Of a stretch of DNA of 64,000 bases, positions 61,756 through 64,000 are shown piece by piece. The notes beneath the pieces are model-generated. The model was not told the DNA's origin. It did no database searches and saw only the letters and a program-made list of their open reading frames with translations. Both the position numbers and the translations under genes were made by a program. The DNA lies in assembly GCA_037447605.1 (NCBI GenBank), contig CM074805.1, positions 5,101,044 to 5,165,043 of the forward strand, given 5' to 3'. Every line of letters begins with the position of its first letter. Position 1 is the stretch's first letter. This DNA comes from Zygnema circumcarinatum SAG 698-1b (lineage: Eukaryota; Plantae; Zygnematophyceae).

Positions 61756-61998
61756 TCTGGTACGGATGTTATTTTAGGGAGTGCTTGGTTAACCATGGTC
61801 AAAGCCCAATTGGACTTTTCCATCCCACACTGTATTCTGCACAGTGGGGATAGGCGCATTACACTGCACCCTGGCAAACCCACATCCACTGCTATCACGC
61901 AGGTTCATACTCCTTATCTCTGCTCGGCTATGCAATTGGCCAAAGCAGATAAGGAGGGTTGCACCTTGTTCATGGTGCATGTCATGGCAGCCACTGAG

Positions 61999-63341
61999 TG
62001 TTAGTGTATGATAGTTAGCATGTTTTGTTGGAACATTAGTTTTGTGTGTTTGTGTTGTGTGTTTCCTTGGCTGACGGTGCGGCGCCTAAGTTGAAAGTGT
62101 GATGCGGACATTTGGTAGGTGGAAAGAAGCGGCAATTCAGTAGCGGCGCTGACGCAGCTCATCGAAAAGTGGCGGTAAGCTGTGACGGCGGCAGCGAGGC
62201 CAATATGAAAAATTGGTAGCGGCAGCGAATCTGTAGTCGGTAAGCTGGCCTTGGCGTCCAGCGCTGGATTGAGCGATTAGGACTTGGCCGCGATGCGGCG
62301 TCAAAATATGCGGCCTTGTGATTCATCATTATCTGAGGCGGCGTCCGGATGTCGGTGGCGTCGCGGCAGCCGGAGTTGGCCGTCATCAATCTTCAGGCGG
62401 GGAATTGAGATCCTACGGCGCAAGGCGTGGTTAACAGAGGCAGTGGTCTGTGAGGAGGAAAGCGTCTGGGGATCCGTGTGAGCAACGAGGATCAGCGGCG
62501 CAGGATGAGGGGATCGGGATAGGGCCCTTGCGGGCCACTAGCCGATGTTGTGAGCTTCGTTGTATGGTAGTGTCACGGATGTTGTGACATAGTATATAGT
62601 GTGTTGTTTAGTTTGGTTGTTTATCTTTAATTTCTTAATTATCAACGTAGCCATCGGAGACTCTTACAGTCGTTACTGTGCTTAAAACACGATACTTGCT
62701 GTGCTGTGAGGTATGGGCTTTTGAGTTCATTGGGCTATTTGAGAGGGGGATTTTCATTTTGTGTTGACAAGAATTACATTATTAAAGGAATTTTAGAGCC
62801 AGAGCTTTCTCCTATCCTTTTTCTTCTCTGTTATTCCGTGCAGATCTGGAAGGTTTACTCTGCGAGTAAAAATGGGCTATGAGTGATGTGATAGTTCGAA
62901 ATGTCATCATCGATTGNAACGCGAACTCCGATGGAAGGTGATGCGAGTGGAGAAGCCGGCAGCAGTGGAGGAGTCCCTGCACCAACAAGTGGTATCAGAG
63001 CTCAAATGCAGACTTTGGAGGACCATGTCAAGTTCAGCATACCAGTGTCGACTGGGCAGGATCATAAGCGTGGAGATGCAGACTTGGTGCCTTTGCTTGC
63101 GGTAACATGGCTTGTATATGTTGATGGTAGATCAAGGTGCTGAATGTTGGTTGGAAGTCAGCGGAGTAGCAGTTGGAGCACGATGTGGCGCTGCACCATG
63201 GAAGGCCAAGGACAACAAAGCCCTGACGCAGATTGTTATGAGCGTAAGAGGAAGTCCATCCTCTATGCTGTATGATCTGAAAACCTCTCATGCTATGTGG
63301 AAGTGTCTAGAGGAGATGTATGATGTGAAAGACAATGTGAC
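61999..63341 (+). mobile_element. Copia element: 5' LTR 61999-62987, PBS 62990-63001, start of gag, interrupted at 63342
   Basis: Starts TGTTAGTG; ends CCAACA-AG-TGGTATCAGAGC; gag EDHVKFSIP...WKAKDNKALTQIVMSVRGSPSS...EEMYDVKDN. Confidence 0.85.
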
Positions 63342-64000
63342 TGTTAGTGTTAGTGTGCTATAGTTAGACATTGTACGGGTTCACACTAACATTGTTGTGG
63401 TCCTCAGTTGGGAAACATGAGATCTACTAGTAGTGTTCCTAGGAAATACGGTCGGGCCAAATGTCGGTGGCCCGTACGCTTTTCGGGCGCGGAGGATGTC
63501 GGCGATGTCGGCGGAACCGCGTCAGACCCTGCAGTGCGGCCCGGGACTCTGATGAGGCCAACTATGGAGGAGGCTGAGTCAGCAGCCACGGTAGAGCGTG
63601 TGTGGAGTGCGATTGACGGACACTTCGTCCACCTGGCTGCTGAACGTGTACGGTGGTCGCGAGCGAACCAACATGCGCGCTGCTGGTTGCCGACCATGGA
63701 CGGGCGGCGGAAGCTCTGCGCTCGAAACGGATGTAAATCGAGACTGGTGCGGAGCCTGTGAGGACGACCTGATGAGATCGTGCTGATGGGTTCGCGAAGA
63801 GTTGCAAGCTGGATGTTGAACGGCGTACCTGGCCGCTGAACGCATGAGGGCGGCCGTGACGTGATATCGGTCAAAGATGTCACGTAACAAGTTGCCGATG
63901 GCCTGACATAGGGTTTAGCTTTGTTATGAGAGAACCACATTAGACTACTGTAGTTTGCTGACTCATCTGTGCCTGCTCGTGTTGCTGGGCTGCCCTGCCT
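63342..64000 (+). mobile_element. LTR of a further copia element inserted in the gag above, running off the right edge
   Basis: TGTTAGTG start directly after the gag codons; reverse-complement homology to the LTR at ~1900-2557. Confidence 0.8.

Larger units (their letters stand above)
45743..61998 (+). mobile_element. Gypsy copy 2 (same family), using the 44729-45742 LTR as its 5' LTR; present as 45743-47047 and 60644-61998, split by later insertions
   Basis: PBS TGGTATCAGAGC at 45745-45756. 46755-47047 is homologous to 40410-40700. The sequence resumes after 60643 in register with 40700 onwards and is cut at 61999 by another LTR. Confidence 0.85.

Noticed and set aside
63342-63392. 50-bp TGTTAGTG...CACTAACA unit as an independent mini-element
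   Set aside because: It lies at the start of a longer LTR that is also present at ~2500-2557, and no TSD flanks the 50-bp unit.

Overview
Eukaryotic, intron-rich DNA from the green plant lineage. A streptophyte alga is inferred from the plant-type gene set and the TTTT(T)AGGG telomere repeats; the species cannot be named from sequence alone. Layout: (1) 1-3189, nested Ty1/copia fragments ending at a 100-N gap. (2) 3290-6570, a C-strand telomere array, a polypyrimidine satellite and a ~72-bp minisatellite, so apparently a real chromosome end lying inside the scaffold. (3) 6877-36020, five spliced genes: a CRSH-type ppGpp synthase that appears to continue in frame into 6-7 HAT/TPR repeats, an EH-domain ATPase (EHD1-like), XAP5/XCT, a LMW-PTP-like protein with Ser at the catalytic Cys position, and starch synthase II. 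(4) 36-40 kb, MITEs and a foldback element. (5) 40407-64000, a multi-level nest of gypsy (chromodomain-bearing) and copia LTR retrotransposons with readable 5-bp TSDs. The best candidate for new biology is the RSH-EF-hand-HAT fusion. The main structural caveat is that ~1900-3189 is an inverted copy of ~62697-64000, which suggests a mis-oriented terminal contig. Exon and element boundaries were read by hand and are approximate unless a motif is quoted. The TE regions are indel-rich, which may reflect read error rather than age.
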